64,000 bases of DNA, from NCBI GenBank assembly GCA_048013815.1, contig CM106586.1:14694001-14758000 (forward strand), read 5' to 3'. The notes under the pieces were generated by a model. That model had not been told where the DNA came from and did not search any database. It saw nothing but the letters and a program-made list of their open reading frames with translations. This document shows positions 12,291 to 25,700 of the stretch, one piece after another. The stretch's first letter is position 1, and every line of letters starts with the position of its first letter. A program made the position numbers and the translations under genes. This stretch comes from Setoptus koraiensis (Eukaryota > Animalia > Arthropoda).

Positions 12291-15200
12291 ACGATCGGCG
12301 ATGACAATTGGTGATGGCGACAACTAATTGTAACGAACGACGCTTGTAACTAATGATTGCCGATAATTAACGATAGGGGCCGCTATTGACCACAAGCGGG
12401 CTTGCAAGGGTGTACGAGCTGATGAGTTAATGAGCTTACAAACATATCTCGACTATTTGTATCGACTAACAGTGACGACTGACAACAATAATTAAATATA
12501 CTCGCCACTACTCAACTAAACTCTGCTCATCGCCGCCGTGCGCCAACAAAAGTAACTACACACACACACACTGTAAATAACTAACGCCACCTATACACCT
12601 AACGAGCGCGAGCATGAGCACTGACAAATTGTGTGCCTATATAGTGTGCACAGCGCCGCGCGAGACTATTCAATAGTCACTGGCGCGACACTATCACTGA
12701 TGTCAGTAGCGCTGAGCCACTGAGTGTGTGTGTGTGTGCGTGTGTGTAGTAGCTGTGGCATTTCGTGTGCGTGTGTCGCACAGAAGTCGCTCTCGCGTGT
12801 GCACGCTCAATCGACCCGCTCGCTGGCAGTGCCTGGCAGGCACACTCGACTCAATGCTCACTAACTCAAAATTGAGTTGTGCGCATCATCATCATGTTTA
12901 TCCGCTACCACGCTGGTGCCACTCAATATTCGCGCACATCGTGTTGTTTGTCCGGCTAACACCGGTTTCGTCCGCGAGGCGGCCCCTTTTATTTCCGCTC
13001 GCCGCGCTGGCCGGCTCGCCACGCTGGCCAGCTCGCCACTTTGGCAACTTTAGCGAGTAAAATGTAGCAATTGTGAGCAAAGTGCGCCACAAGCGCTGTA
13101 ATCATGCCGCCTTGTAGCGGCGCCGGCCGAGACAGTGCGGCGCCGCGCCGCTCGCGGACAAAACCGACAACACAGATTGAGCAGGCGGGCCGATTGTACG
13201 CTTGCTTCAGTGGCTCGCCAGAAAAGTGTCCACTTTGGCCGCTCGTCGGCCTATAGCGACACCAATTAGCGACACAGACAGAGCGGCGATATTGTGTTTC
13301 AACGTGCATTGTCGCCGGCGAGCTGATTTGTTGTCGTGACAACGATTTGTTGTTGCGAGAACGATTCGTTGCGACGAGACTATCTGGCTGTGCCATTATC
13401 GCGTCGCACAGCGGCCTGACAGAGGCGCAAGTGTGACTTATGGCGCTCACTGTGCAGCGAGCTGGCCAGCGTAGTTGGCGCAAATGGCGAGCTTGACAAA
13501 TGAATGAATTTTGATATTTGTCACGCTGGCCAGCTTGTGGCCGCACGCCGGAGTCGCCGGAGTCACTGGAGTCACTGGAGTTACGTAAGTCGCGCGCCAG
13601 TATCACTTGGTGGCCACAATTTACTGGCCAAGTGAAGCGGGCGCAGTTGAGCGCTGGCACAGCCAGCGCGCGCACTCTAGGCACGTAGACGCGTGGCGTA
13701 ACGCGTGCGTTGCACGTGCAAACTGCATCCCAGCGGGCAAGCTGTTTCCCCCGGCCGCTGCGAGCACTTGTTTTGCTGACCACAACAACACGCGGCGCTG
13801 CAAAACAAGTGAACTGAACAGAGCGACACTTGAGCCTAAGATAATAGAAGCGCCGCTCGCTGCAACTAATGATGATGCTTTAGTTAGCTGGCCGCTGGTC
13901 ACTGCTCATTGACGGGGCCCGCAAGTCACTGCTGGTCACTCAAGTATAAGTGACCAATGGCCTCTTGCGCCGCTGCCTCACTTATCCGCCTGCGTGCTCG
14001 CCTTGGTGCTCGCTGTTGTGCACAGCATACGGCATGCCGACCGCTTACGCCGTTGCCTGTGCCTGTGCCACATACGGCTAGCCGGATAATCGATTACGCA
14101 ATATGTTTTGCACGCTGGCGCCAGCACACTCATTTGCACGCTAACGCTCACACGTGGCCACTGGCGACAGTGCGTCGAGTGGGCGCGACAGTGTGCACAA
14201 AATATCATCGCTCATGGTGACATAACGCTCACGGTTACGCAACCGCTGACCGGCACTGTCCGAACTGCGACGCTGCTCACAGTCACAGTTGCGAGTCTGA
14301 ACAAACTGACGGTTGCAAGTCTGAACAGACTGACGGTCTGAAGCAAGACTGACAGTGGTGACGTAACAGCGATAGCCGCATCGCTAATGTCACCGCTCGC
14401 CACAAAGTCACCTGCTGACCAGCTCGAGCCAGCGTGTGCGCTGTGCCAATCTGATGAATTGTCGGCACAGCGGTCGGGCCAGACCCGCTGTCGCCGTTGT
14501 CGCCGCTGTTGTTGTTGCTGATGTTGTTGTTGCTGTCGCTGTCGCTGTTGTCGCGTTGGACGGAACTGGCTCGCCAGGTAACGCGCCAGGTAACGCGCCA
14601 GGCAGCCGGTGCTGCCGTTTACGTTGTTTATAACTAATCAAATGGAGGGATGCGCCTGTGCCCACTCTCTCATGTCGGCTTATGTCAGCTCGTCTCGGCT
14701 TGTCTCGACCTGTGACAGCCATTTGACAGTTTATAGGTGCGCTTTTTACAACTGACTTTACTCGCCACTCACAACTTGTCAGCCCTCGGAGATCGTCGCC
14801 AGTCTGGCTGCCGAGCTCGTCTCATCTGTGCCCCTGTTGCCGTGTTATTATAATGGCCGGCGACGCCCGAACACTCTGGCAACGAGCACTCCGGCAAGAC
14901 AGACTGGTCGCCAGCCATAGGCGCTGACAGCAATAAGAGTAATAAGAGTGAGTTAATAATTGGCAAAAGCTCCAACTGGACTGACCATTATTTATTATTA
15001 TCACTGCAACTGGGCGACTGTGCATTTACACTTTGCCAACTGCTCTACCTGAGCCCTTACCTGCGTCTGTATCTCTATCTACGTCAGACTCTGATCATCA
15101 GACTCTGATCGTCAGACTCTGATCATCAGAGTGTCCGAGCGTCTGACGAGTATTGAGTATCTGAGAGTATCTGAGAGTATCTGAGAGCATCTGTGAGTAC

Positions 15201-17363
15201 CTGTGAGTACCTGTGTCCGTATCGCTGGCCGGCCGACGAGCCGACGTGAGCGCGCCGCACAAATGAGAGCAACGATGTTATTATGATATTATTATGATAT
15301 TATTGTGATATTACTGTGATATTATCGCGATATTATCATGATATTATCATGATATTATTATGATGTTATCATCTGCCGGAGTGCACATGGCAGCGATCGG
15401 ACAAGTTCTCGATTTGTCGACAAGTGGCCAACTGTCCCGTCGCTACACCTGTACAGTGGTGTAGTGTCAACAAAAGCTATAAAGCCACACGGTGTACATA
15501 AAGGCATTATGATAAACTTTATCATGATGCCAGATAAGGGCATTTGTGTGGGCACAGGTATTTTACAGGTGTATTATACATTATACACAGCGACATTTAC
15601 TTGCTCACGACTTGTCAGTACGAGCTGTAAGGCGCAGATACACCAGGTATATCCTAGCTAGTACAGCTAGTACAGCTAGTACAGCTAGTACAGGTACTAC
15701 AGGTATTTTAGCTGGCACAGGTAATCAGGCTAGTAGAGCTAGTAGAGGTATTACGGGTATGTCGGGTATTACAGGTATGTGTGAGAGCTGTAATTGAGTG
15801 GGCCCGAGTGGAAGCGCGTGCGCGCTAAACTTTATGAAGATGTAACTTTTTGACTTTATTACTGCCAGTCATACATTAGGCCAGGTATGCGGCGAGTCAG
15901 CTGATTAGTGATAATTACCTGTTGGTAGTTAGCATCGTTTAGTGTCGGTTGGTATTGGTTAGTGTGAGTGTGAGCGGTGTCAGTGGTATGAGTAACATAA
16001 GTTAGTATGAGTGTTGACAGTGCTAGTTGTGCTGCTGCTGACTAGTAGAGATAAAGTAATTTAAGAGAGATATAATAAAGTTGCGCAATAGCTCGAGCGC
16101 AACACGGTCGCCATTGCGGTGCGCCCAGTGACAGCCGATAAAACGGCAGACACAGCGACGCACCGACCCACCGACACACACCGATAGACACAAACCGACT
16201 GACTCAGGCTGACAGAAACTGACTGACTGATACTGACTGACACTGCGACAGGTGAATCTTGTTTATGATTGCGCGTCATATAAAACGAAATCTGAATTAT
16301 CTAATTATCACCCCAACCGACTCATCAGCGTCGTCATCGTCGTCATTATCCTCGTCACCGGCGTCGTCACCGGCATCATCATCAGCGCCAGCAGCTGATC
16401 ACTCACTGACCACTCACCGGCGATGCGCCGGCCAGCACAACAGGTGAACTGACTTGCGAGTTGGCGAGTTGGCCCAATTGACTACTGCCACTCGCTGTCG
16501 GTGTCGGCCGCTATGGTCGCTGGTGCTGGCGCTGGCGCTGTCGTTGTTGGCGTTGTTGTTGCTGTCGCCGCTGTTGCTGTTGGCGTTGTTGTTGCTGTTG
16601 CCGCTGTTGTGGTCGGCGCAGACGGTGACACTTGTCGCTGCTTGCGCCGGCCATCGCACCATGCGACACTGCATACGACGCGGTGCGATAGCTACGATGC
16701 GACCATGCCCACGATGCGATGCCATAAATTGACGGCTGAAATGATCGGCTCGCAACAGTCCCTCTCACAAGTGAGCCCGAGTCTCGGCTCGGTCGCACCG
16801 TCAAGAATCGCACCGTCGCGACTCGCCACTCGCAACTGTCAAACTGCGCCTACCTGCGCTTCACCTGTCCGCAAACAACAGTTGGCGCTGGTGTCGTTTG
16901 TCGCCTAATGAGTGCGCCAACACACACACACTCATAATGAGTGACTCATTAGGCGACTTATTAGGTTCGAGTCGAATGGCATGTAATTTATGCGTTTTAT
17001 TTTAATGGTTGCGTTGTTGTGTGTGTTGGTTGTATATCAACACGGCGCTGCCAAATAGAGTTGCCATGGCGACTTAATCACTCATCGCGCTCACTGCTCA
17101 GCCTCGCTGTCCAGAGACTGTTGCGGCGAGCTTCACTTGACTGTAATGACTGCGCTGGGCGCACTCTATAGCGCACCTATCGACAGCAGTGGCAAACTCG
17201 CAAGGTAACTCACAGTGAGCTCAGGTAAGTGAGTTAGTTGTGGCCACTACTCGATAATATCAAGTCGTGCGATATTAATTGGCGACATCAACTTGATATC
17301 ATCGAGTAATTATCGCACAAATTATCAGCTAATGAGCGCGACAGACGCGCACACGACTCGCAT

Positions 17364-17437
17364 CACTGATCATCAGTGACTGATCATCAGTGACTGATGC
17401 GCCATCAGTCATGATGATCAGTCACTCATGATCAGTG
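17364..17437. repeat. Near-perfect 36-bp inverted repeat with a 3-nt loop
   Basis: Arms 17364-17399 and 17403-17437 differ by one mismatch and one indel. Confidence 0.92.
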
Positions 17438-18452
17438 TCCGGCCTGCGCAATCGCGGCACAGGTGAGCGGTCAGTTGCGCTCGCGCTGACCTCTGCCGTG
17501 CTCATGACGCTCATGACGCTAATGGCGCTAATGAGAGCCGCTGAGCGCGAGACTAGACAAACAAAGCGACAGCTATAATCTTTGTCAACACGCACACGTC
17601 TCATTTGTAAGCCAGATAATCGCATCAGTGCGCCGGCGTGCGCGTTGCACAAACGGATAAACGGCGCTCATTAAACGGATTGATTAAAGTCAATCCGCGC
17701 TTACGTGCCTTACGAGCCCAACAACTCGCCTAAGCTGTGCCCGCACATATTCGGCGCGCCCGCGCATATTCCGCCGGGCCGGCGCATTACGCTCGTTAGC
17801 TGCTCCGGAGCTCGCCGGCGCTGCTGCAAACCGGCGAGCTTCGGGCCGGCCAGCTCCGGGCCGGCCAGCTCACAACACGGACAGTCGGACTCCGCGGTCG
17901 AGCTCCGACGGAACCTCCGAGAGAATATTCACGAGAGAATATTTACGAGAGAATATTTACGAGACAAGCAAGCTCGAGAAAAACGCACGCGACGGTGTCG
18001 GCCGAGCGTCTCTGGCGAGCGCGGCGCGCGCTAATCCGCGACCGGCGGGTCAAGTGGTCAAGTGGCTGTAGCGCAAACAAACTCGCCAGACACCGGCGAT
18101 ACGCGCATTATCTGCAGTATCATCTATGTGTCTGCGGCCACTATCTGCGTGCATCTACAAGTGTCCGCATTAATCAGTGTGCGCAACTGTGCGCGAGTAT
18201 CAGTGGCCGCAACTGTCCGCGGGTATCAGTGACTGCAATTATCCGCATCAATCGGCGAGCATCCGCATTTATCTATGGGCACATCTCATGTTTATCTCGT
18301 GTATGAGCGAGTACGTGCGCGCATCTGGCCCCGGCGCGCACAGATTGACCGTGGGATTGTTTATGCTCGCGCCGCATCGGCGCGATTCAATTATTTAATT
18401 ATGCGAGCACTAATTATTTGCAGCGGCCACTCACTCGCCGATAGTGACCACT

Positions 18453-18555
18453 GGCCAGTTATTCGGCCAGTCATTTGGCCAGTCATTTGGCCAGTTATTC
18501 GGCCAGTTATTCGGCCAGTCATTTGGCCAGTTATTTGGCCAGTTATTCGACCAGT
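18453..18555. repeat. Tandem 12-mer ggccagtYattY, 8 copies
   Basis: Direct reading. Confidence 0.95.
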
Positions 18556-21500
18556 GGTCGCTGTCGGCCGGCCAGATATTTGGCCAATGGTCACTAGTGG
18601 CCAAAGTGCGCGCTGCCAGATACGCCAAATATAATATGATGCGACTGATCGCCACTGCACAGTGCAATATCGATCGATTTGCGGCCATTTGCGCCTGCTT
18701 GCGCCGGTTTGCGCCGGTCTGCGCCGACTGGGCACCTGAGCCACGCTCAATCTATCGCCTAATTAAAATCTCATGAGCGCCACGGGCCGACGGACCCGCC
18801 GACACACACACACACACGCACACACACTGACACACAAGCGGCCGACACGCTCAAGCTGCGCGGCCCGCGAATCAATTGCAATCCAATCAAATATAATCGC
18901 CTCGTCAAATTATCACCTCGAGCAGCCACAGCTCCAGCGAGCCTCCTCTATCCGCGCCGATCTGCGGCCGTCCGCGCCGTCTGCGGCCGTCCGGCGCTGC
19001 GCGCCATATAGCCACAGGGGCCGCGGCGGCGTATCCACTGGCCCAGGGCTACGTGCCCGACGGCCGGGTATCGCCGGCACTGCGACAATGTCAATTGTGG
19101 TGCCAGCGACAATGCCGGCGATAACGCCGGCGATAATGCCAGTGATAATGACAGCGCCAACTAGAAACAACACTAATTAGAAACACACACACACACGCAC
19201 AATCGAGTGTTAATTGTATCAATCATCGAGCCAGCGGCAGCGACTCGGGCAAAGCCGCACGAAGCCAGAGAGAGCCAGAGAGAGCGGCCTCCAGCGGGCC
19301 GGCCCGTTAGCAGCGCCGGGCAGCGCCCATATTGTCGCCAACATGATTGATTGGCCATGCTTGAGATGATAATTAATTGCTGGCGATGCGGCGCTGTCGT
19401 TGTTGTTGGCGTCGTGGTCGTGGTCGTCGTTGTCGTGGTTGTTGGCAAACAACATTAGTTCAGCGACAACAGCGACAACTTCCACTCGCTTGTACGTGCT
19501 GCCCGTTTGTGCCCCCTGGTCTGTTGTACGGCTGCACGTGCTGGTGCCCGAGCTGGTCGCTGTCAAACGGAGCACATAATGATAATTTAAATATAATTTG
19601 CTCAGACAAACGAGCGGCCGGGCCGCGCCCATCGCCTCAATTAATGCGTGCTCATGCACAGCGTGCCTCTTTGTTGCTCGCCGTTTGTTGGCCCCCTTGT
19701 GCCGAGCGTGCCCAGGGCGCCCATTGTGCCCACTGTGCCCGTTGTGCCCACTGTGCCGCCGCCAGGTGATGAGCCGTCCAATTGATGCTAATTGATCGAT
19801 CAATACCGCTGATTGGATGGCCGTCGCGAACAGTCCGACACGCGGCCGACAATCCCGCCAGCGAGCGGGCGAGATTGTTGCCAGCGAGCAGCCGACAATG
19901 TTGCCAGAGAGAGACGAATAAATATATATGAAGAATGGAACAAAAGTGACCCAAAACCGGCCACTGTCGAGCGAGATAATTAGCAGGCACAGCGAATATG
20001 TTAATTATTAGCATCATAATGCCGATGCCAACTGCAAACCGGCAACCGGCCGAAGCGAGAGCGCCCCTGGCGGACATGCCGTAAATGGGTGGTTGGTCAC
20101 TCTTGACTGGCGAGCGCGACCGTCACCGGCGATCGGCGCAAAATATCGCCAACTGTCATCCGATTTGCGACATACCAACAGTGACACCGTCACTGTCGGC
20201 TTGCCACTGCCGCGCACCCGTCATAGCGACTCATGGTATGAATTGTGGTCGTCGCTGCGGTTGTCGCTGACGCTGTTGTTGTTGCTATTGCTGTTGTTGT
20301 GGTTGTCGGCCAGTGTGGCCAGTGTGGCCATTGTGCGCCGGTGGCCACTTGGAATGCCGGCGCGCACGAAATTCCAATCGCCGGCCATTCCGACGGCCGG
20401 CCCAGGTGACCCCGGCACCGAAAGCGCAAACTGCAAACCGCAACAACAGCAACAATTTTAATTCTTTAGCCACGTACGTGCGTGCACGTGTATGCGGCTC
20501 ATGGCATCAATTGATCATTTAGACTGGCCGCAAATATCCGTTCGGCATATTTGCGGCGCTGACAAATATGCCGCTAGCGCGAGCTATTATGGCCATTATC
20601 GGGCTCACTGGCTAACTTGCTCATTTGGCTTATTGTTTGGCTTGTTGTTTGGCTTGTTGTTTGGCCCGCACGGGCCACGGAAGCACCGGCTCGCCGGCCC
20701 GCTGGGTGCCCGGCCGCCGACAACCGTCAAACGCTGAATCAGTCGACAAGTCGCACGAGCTGAATCGGCGAATATCCAATCGGCCGAATATCCAATCGGC
20801 CGAATATCCAATCAGCTGAATATCAGTTGGCGCGGGGATTAGCGCGCTTCGAACGGGCCGGTCGGCGCTGGATTTTGTCCCGTTTTATCCCGTTTCGTTT
20901 CGTTTCATTTCATTTTATTATCATCACCCAGTGACAACTCACTCCGCGGCCACCGCTCACCGCCGTGCGCCTGTGTTCGGCCACTACCTGTGCTGACCAC
21001 TCTGACAGCACAGACACTCTGACAGAGTCCGGCTAAAAATAACCACGTGCTTGCACGTTGACCAGTGCTGCCAATGTCAACAGCGCACAAGATAATACGA
21101 TAATACCACGCCAACAGCCACAACTGGGCGAGGCCTCATCAAAGGGCCGCTCCAGCAGTGCGCCATTGGTGCATAGGTGCACTCGCGGCGGCAACGCGCA
21201 CAGATTTAATGCAGATTTAATCCGCCGCTATCAACAAGTGACCGGCAACACGCCAGCGAGAGCCGGCGCTCACTTTGCTCACTTTGGCCCCTCATTGTGC
21301 ACACTGCGCCAAACAGCCGCGTTGCCAGCGGGCCGTTTGCCTGCCCGAGCGGCTCCACTTCCGCCGCCGCCGCCGCCGCAGCCGCATCTGAAATCTGTGC
21401 GCATTATTATTATTTCGAGTGTCGATAATCGACACTCTCACAATTGTTAATCGCATGGCGCGACTGCAGCGGTCGCCCTGTAACCTAGCGGCAACGGCAG

Positions 21501-24500
21501 CACAAGTTGCGTAAGTTGTGCACTGTGCGCACCTCATAAGCGCCCTCCAATGAACCGCCGCCCGTTTCCGGTTGCAGCAAAGTGCACGCGCACTGTGCAC
21601 TTATCGCGGGGCACAGTGGCGCGCCCACTCGGGGCCCGAGCAACCCTTCTATTGTGGGGCCCCATTATATATTTATATCATGTCGTATTACGCCATTGCA
21701 ATATTATGCTATTATGTCGTGCCAATATCACGCTATTACGCCAGTATTTATCGATGCCAGTGCAGTGGTCCGGCGGCAGTTGACACTGCGCTGATTTGCT
21801 GGCGCAGTGCTGACAACTATCGATGGCGAATTCCGCAATTCACGTGTGGATAAACAGTCACGAGCGCGGATATGTGCGCATCTGCTCATCCGTTCACTTG
21901 GAACGGGCGCGGCTTTGAGTGAGACGGATCCATCAGCGGATTGGCGATTGTTGTTTCCGGTGATGACAACTCACTCGCACGCGCGTTCACTTTATTATGT
22001 AATGTGTTCTACTTGTCACAACAGCGGCGCAACAACGACAACAACAAGGGCAGCAGCAGCAACAACAACGACAATTGCGATTGCAACTGTCGAGAGCCGC
22101 TTGCGACGTGTGGCAATTGGAGCGCGATAGTGGCGACGCAAAAAGTGACATCGCCACGGCGCGATTGTTGCCGTTGTTGTCGGTGCTGTTGTTGTTGCTG
22201 TCGCCGTTGTTGTTATTGTCGTTGTTGTTGTTGTCGCTGTCGCCGTTGTTGTTGTTGTCGTTGTTGTTGTTGTCGTTGTCGTTGTTGCCGTTGTTGTTGG
22301 ATCAGAGAGCCAGTCGCCACTATCAGTGGCCATTACCAACTAATCATCTCGCCACTTTAATGTTATTCACGTGAATGCCGCCACTAACAACGCGCCACTG
22401 GTTACAGCGAGCCAGTCAAATGGATATTTGAATATTGCTGCGCTCGGGCATAAAACGCGATTCAAGAGTGCGCATTTGAATATTATTAAACTGATATAAT
22501 TAAATTGAATTAAATCGTCGGCGTTCGCATTGTCTGGCGCTGTTTGCGTTGCGCCCGACGCCCACTCGGCGCCAGCGAGCGACTGGCACACAACTTGCAC
22601 AACTTGCAAAACCGACAGAACCGACAGAACCGACAGAACCGAAAGAACCGACAGAACCGAGAGAACGCAAACTGCTGACGCGCGCCGACTAGATGATGAT
22701 CCGCTTTCGCGTCGGAGTTCGCATCGGAGTTCGCATCGGAGGGCTGGCACCAAAGAGTGATCGCGCACACAAAGAGCAACTTTTTTGCAACCGCAATTGG
22801 CACTCGCAACTCGCACCGCCGGCAACTCTGGCGCGCCCCATCGATTTAAATCGATGCCACTCGAAGTGGGGCCCCGCCGACAACGCCGGCGCGACTGGCA
22901 ACTCGAGCAGCACGAGCAGCCACTTGCACCTCTGGCTATGTAATGATGCAACAATGATATTTGATAGTTGTTGCTGTTTTGGCGACTATCATCGAATCAT
23001 TGTCGCTGCCGCTCGTCTAAAAATAATCCATTTCGTCTGGTTACGATGATGGCGACGATTGCTTAATGCGATTACATTTATTATTTCAGCAGCCAGCAGT
23101 ACATTACGCAACTTATGCATTGCGTTGCAACTTGTGAATTAGGCGACTTGTGTGTATTGCGCAACTTTTGTGTATTTTTGTGTATTACGCAATTTGTGTG
23201 TGTTGCTCCATATCGGTCGGCACGCAAATTTGACTGCGTACGGTGTCGACATTGCGACATTGCGACAATGTGACATTGCGACATTGCGACATGGTGCCGA
23301 CAAATACACACATATTATGCAACCGGCTGCATATTACACACATATTTGCTTGGCTTGCTTCGCGTTGCACGCACCCTGGCGGCCTATATTTTTGACACGA
23401 CCAACAAACAGATTAAATTGAGATATATGTATAAAACACACGCAACGTGCCATTATGATGCAATCATTGCCACGTCTTGTTTACACTGGGCCGCATTATA
23501 CTGACTATACTTGTGAGCCGTTGAACCGTTGAGCCGCATTGTGCGCCGGTGTCAACAGTAAACATTGCGTAATGTCCGGTGAACGAGCGAGTCGAGTTGC
23601 GCAATGAACTCAACTCGTTCGCGCCAACTAATCGCAAACGCGCGCTCACAGCACGCGCCACGCGCCACCACGCACTTGACCAGCCAACTGGCCAACTGAC
23701 CACTGAGATGATACAATGCCAAATGATGACGCAACCAAATGATGACGCAACCCAAATGATGATGAAATAAACACACACACAAACACACAACACAGCCTAT
23801 ATGTGTGTGCCATTATATTGTTATTATACTGTCTGTCTGTCTGGCTGGCTCACACCGTAACTGGCGCCGCTGTTGTGACTCATTTGGTCTGGCTGCGGTG
23901 AGTCACGAGGGGGCGCTCAATGGTGCTGGTTACGCAAAAGTTGCAAGTCGATTTATACGCGATACCAATAGTAATAATAACTATACTTTTGCGCGTGTTA
24001 TTTGCAGTGCGCCCCAATGATACTCTCAATATGAGAGTCTGGTGTTTGCTTGTTTGCCGGCACATAAACGGCGCATATAGCACATATACGGCGCATGTAG
24101 CACGCTCACTGTTTGCCCCATCAAATGGCAGACAGTGCAAATAACTGAATAATAGTGCGCCGTTGGTTGGTGTACGGTATTACATGATGCTCGCGGTGCA
24201 CGTGCCCCGCGCAACTGTGCCACTTCCTGTTCAGTCTGGGTGCACGCCGGCAGCACGTGCGCCCACTTGAATCGGTGAGTGGGCAATTTGTAAGTGTGCG
24301 CCAATGGGAACAGAGCAGCGTAAGTCGTTGCATGATTGATCTACAAATAATCACTTGACTGTGTGACTTTTGGGGGCGCCACTTTCGTTGCGCGATGGCT
24401 GGCTCGGCCGACAAGCCAGCAATTCTGCCAGAAGAAGACTGGCGTAGCGAGCCAACATTGCGCCAGCTTGTGTGCCGTTGATGACCGGCTGTCGATTGGA

Positions 24501-25624
24501 AAGACGCGGCGCAGCGCGTTGATTGGAAAGACGCGGCACACAAATTGGCACAAATTGTCAAATTGTCCGGACAGGATTGGCAGGCGCAGGTGAGCACAGG
24601 TAAATATAGGCACAGGTGAGGCGCACAGTTTGCACGCCAGTGGCTCGCTGCAGAAGAGCGCCGGTGGCTGCTCGCTGTGGACGAGCCGAGCTGGGGACAG
24701 AGACGGATATTCGTTTAGAGATTATAGGGTATTAGTTTAGCGATAGTGAGCACAGTCGACGAGCATGGCGCTGCTGCCCGCATCGGCCAACAACAAACCG
24801 GAAACGCTGGATACACTCAAACGAAGGGCGAAATTCTTACGCGTTCTTTGCGCGCACGTTGTTGGCCCGTCGCCGTGTGTGTGTGTGTGTGTGTCGGTGT
24901 CCTGTCTAGCTGGCATGTTTATTGATTGTGTGACTAGAAAACAGGCAAAACAAACTTTGCGAAAGACTTTGCGTGTCGCACTGCAAACAACAACAATTGT
25001 CGTCATGTTTGCGACTATTGAGAGACACACAACTCACCTTGATTCACTAATGCCACTAAATAAAGTGAGTGCAACAACTAGACCCGGCAGCCGCTAACGA
25101 GCGACAACAACCGCCAACAACCGGCTCGCAAGCGTTGGAATGGGCTGATCTCGTCAATGAAAAGCCGCCGTCTCGTCTTGTTGTTGGCGCTGTTGTTGCT
25201 GCAAGCACTCGCTGCTCAGGTGACAAGAATGGAAATTTTGGAAGCAAACATTTCTGGCTAATCTCGTTCTTACCTGTCGCGCTGTGGCTCGATCGGTGTG
25301 ACTGTGCGCCGATATTGTCATTTGGAATTATAATCATGGCGAGAATTAGCATATCATCATCAGTTATTCAGTTGTTTGTGTGTTGTCAAATTGTTGAGCC
25401 GTGTTCGGTTAAGCCGCTCTCGCTCTCTCTCTCTCTCTCTCCTTCTCTCTCTCTCTCGCTCTGTCTCTCGCGCGCGGCAAACAACCGTTGAGAGTGGCAA
25501 TAAAATACTGCACAACATGATGAGCTTTTGTATCAATCAGGCAAATGGAATTATCCATCAATGGATCGCTGCTTGGCTCTCGGAATGGATTATTTTCAAC
25601 TCTGTGCACCGACAAGCGACAGCG

Positions 25625-25625
<1 letters not shown>

Positions 25626-25687
<62 letters not shown>

Positions 25688-25700
25688 GCAACAGCAACAG
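25626..25700. repeat. (CAA)n microsatellite, about 20 perfect units
   Basis: Direct reading. Confidence 0.97.

Noticed and set aside
11244-12323. 359-aa overlapping ORF, and the equivalent 27861-28376 ORF
   Set aside because: Shifted-frame shadows of the poly-Q/H ZC4H2-like genes; CAA/CAC repeats contain no stops.
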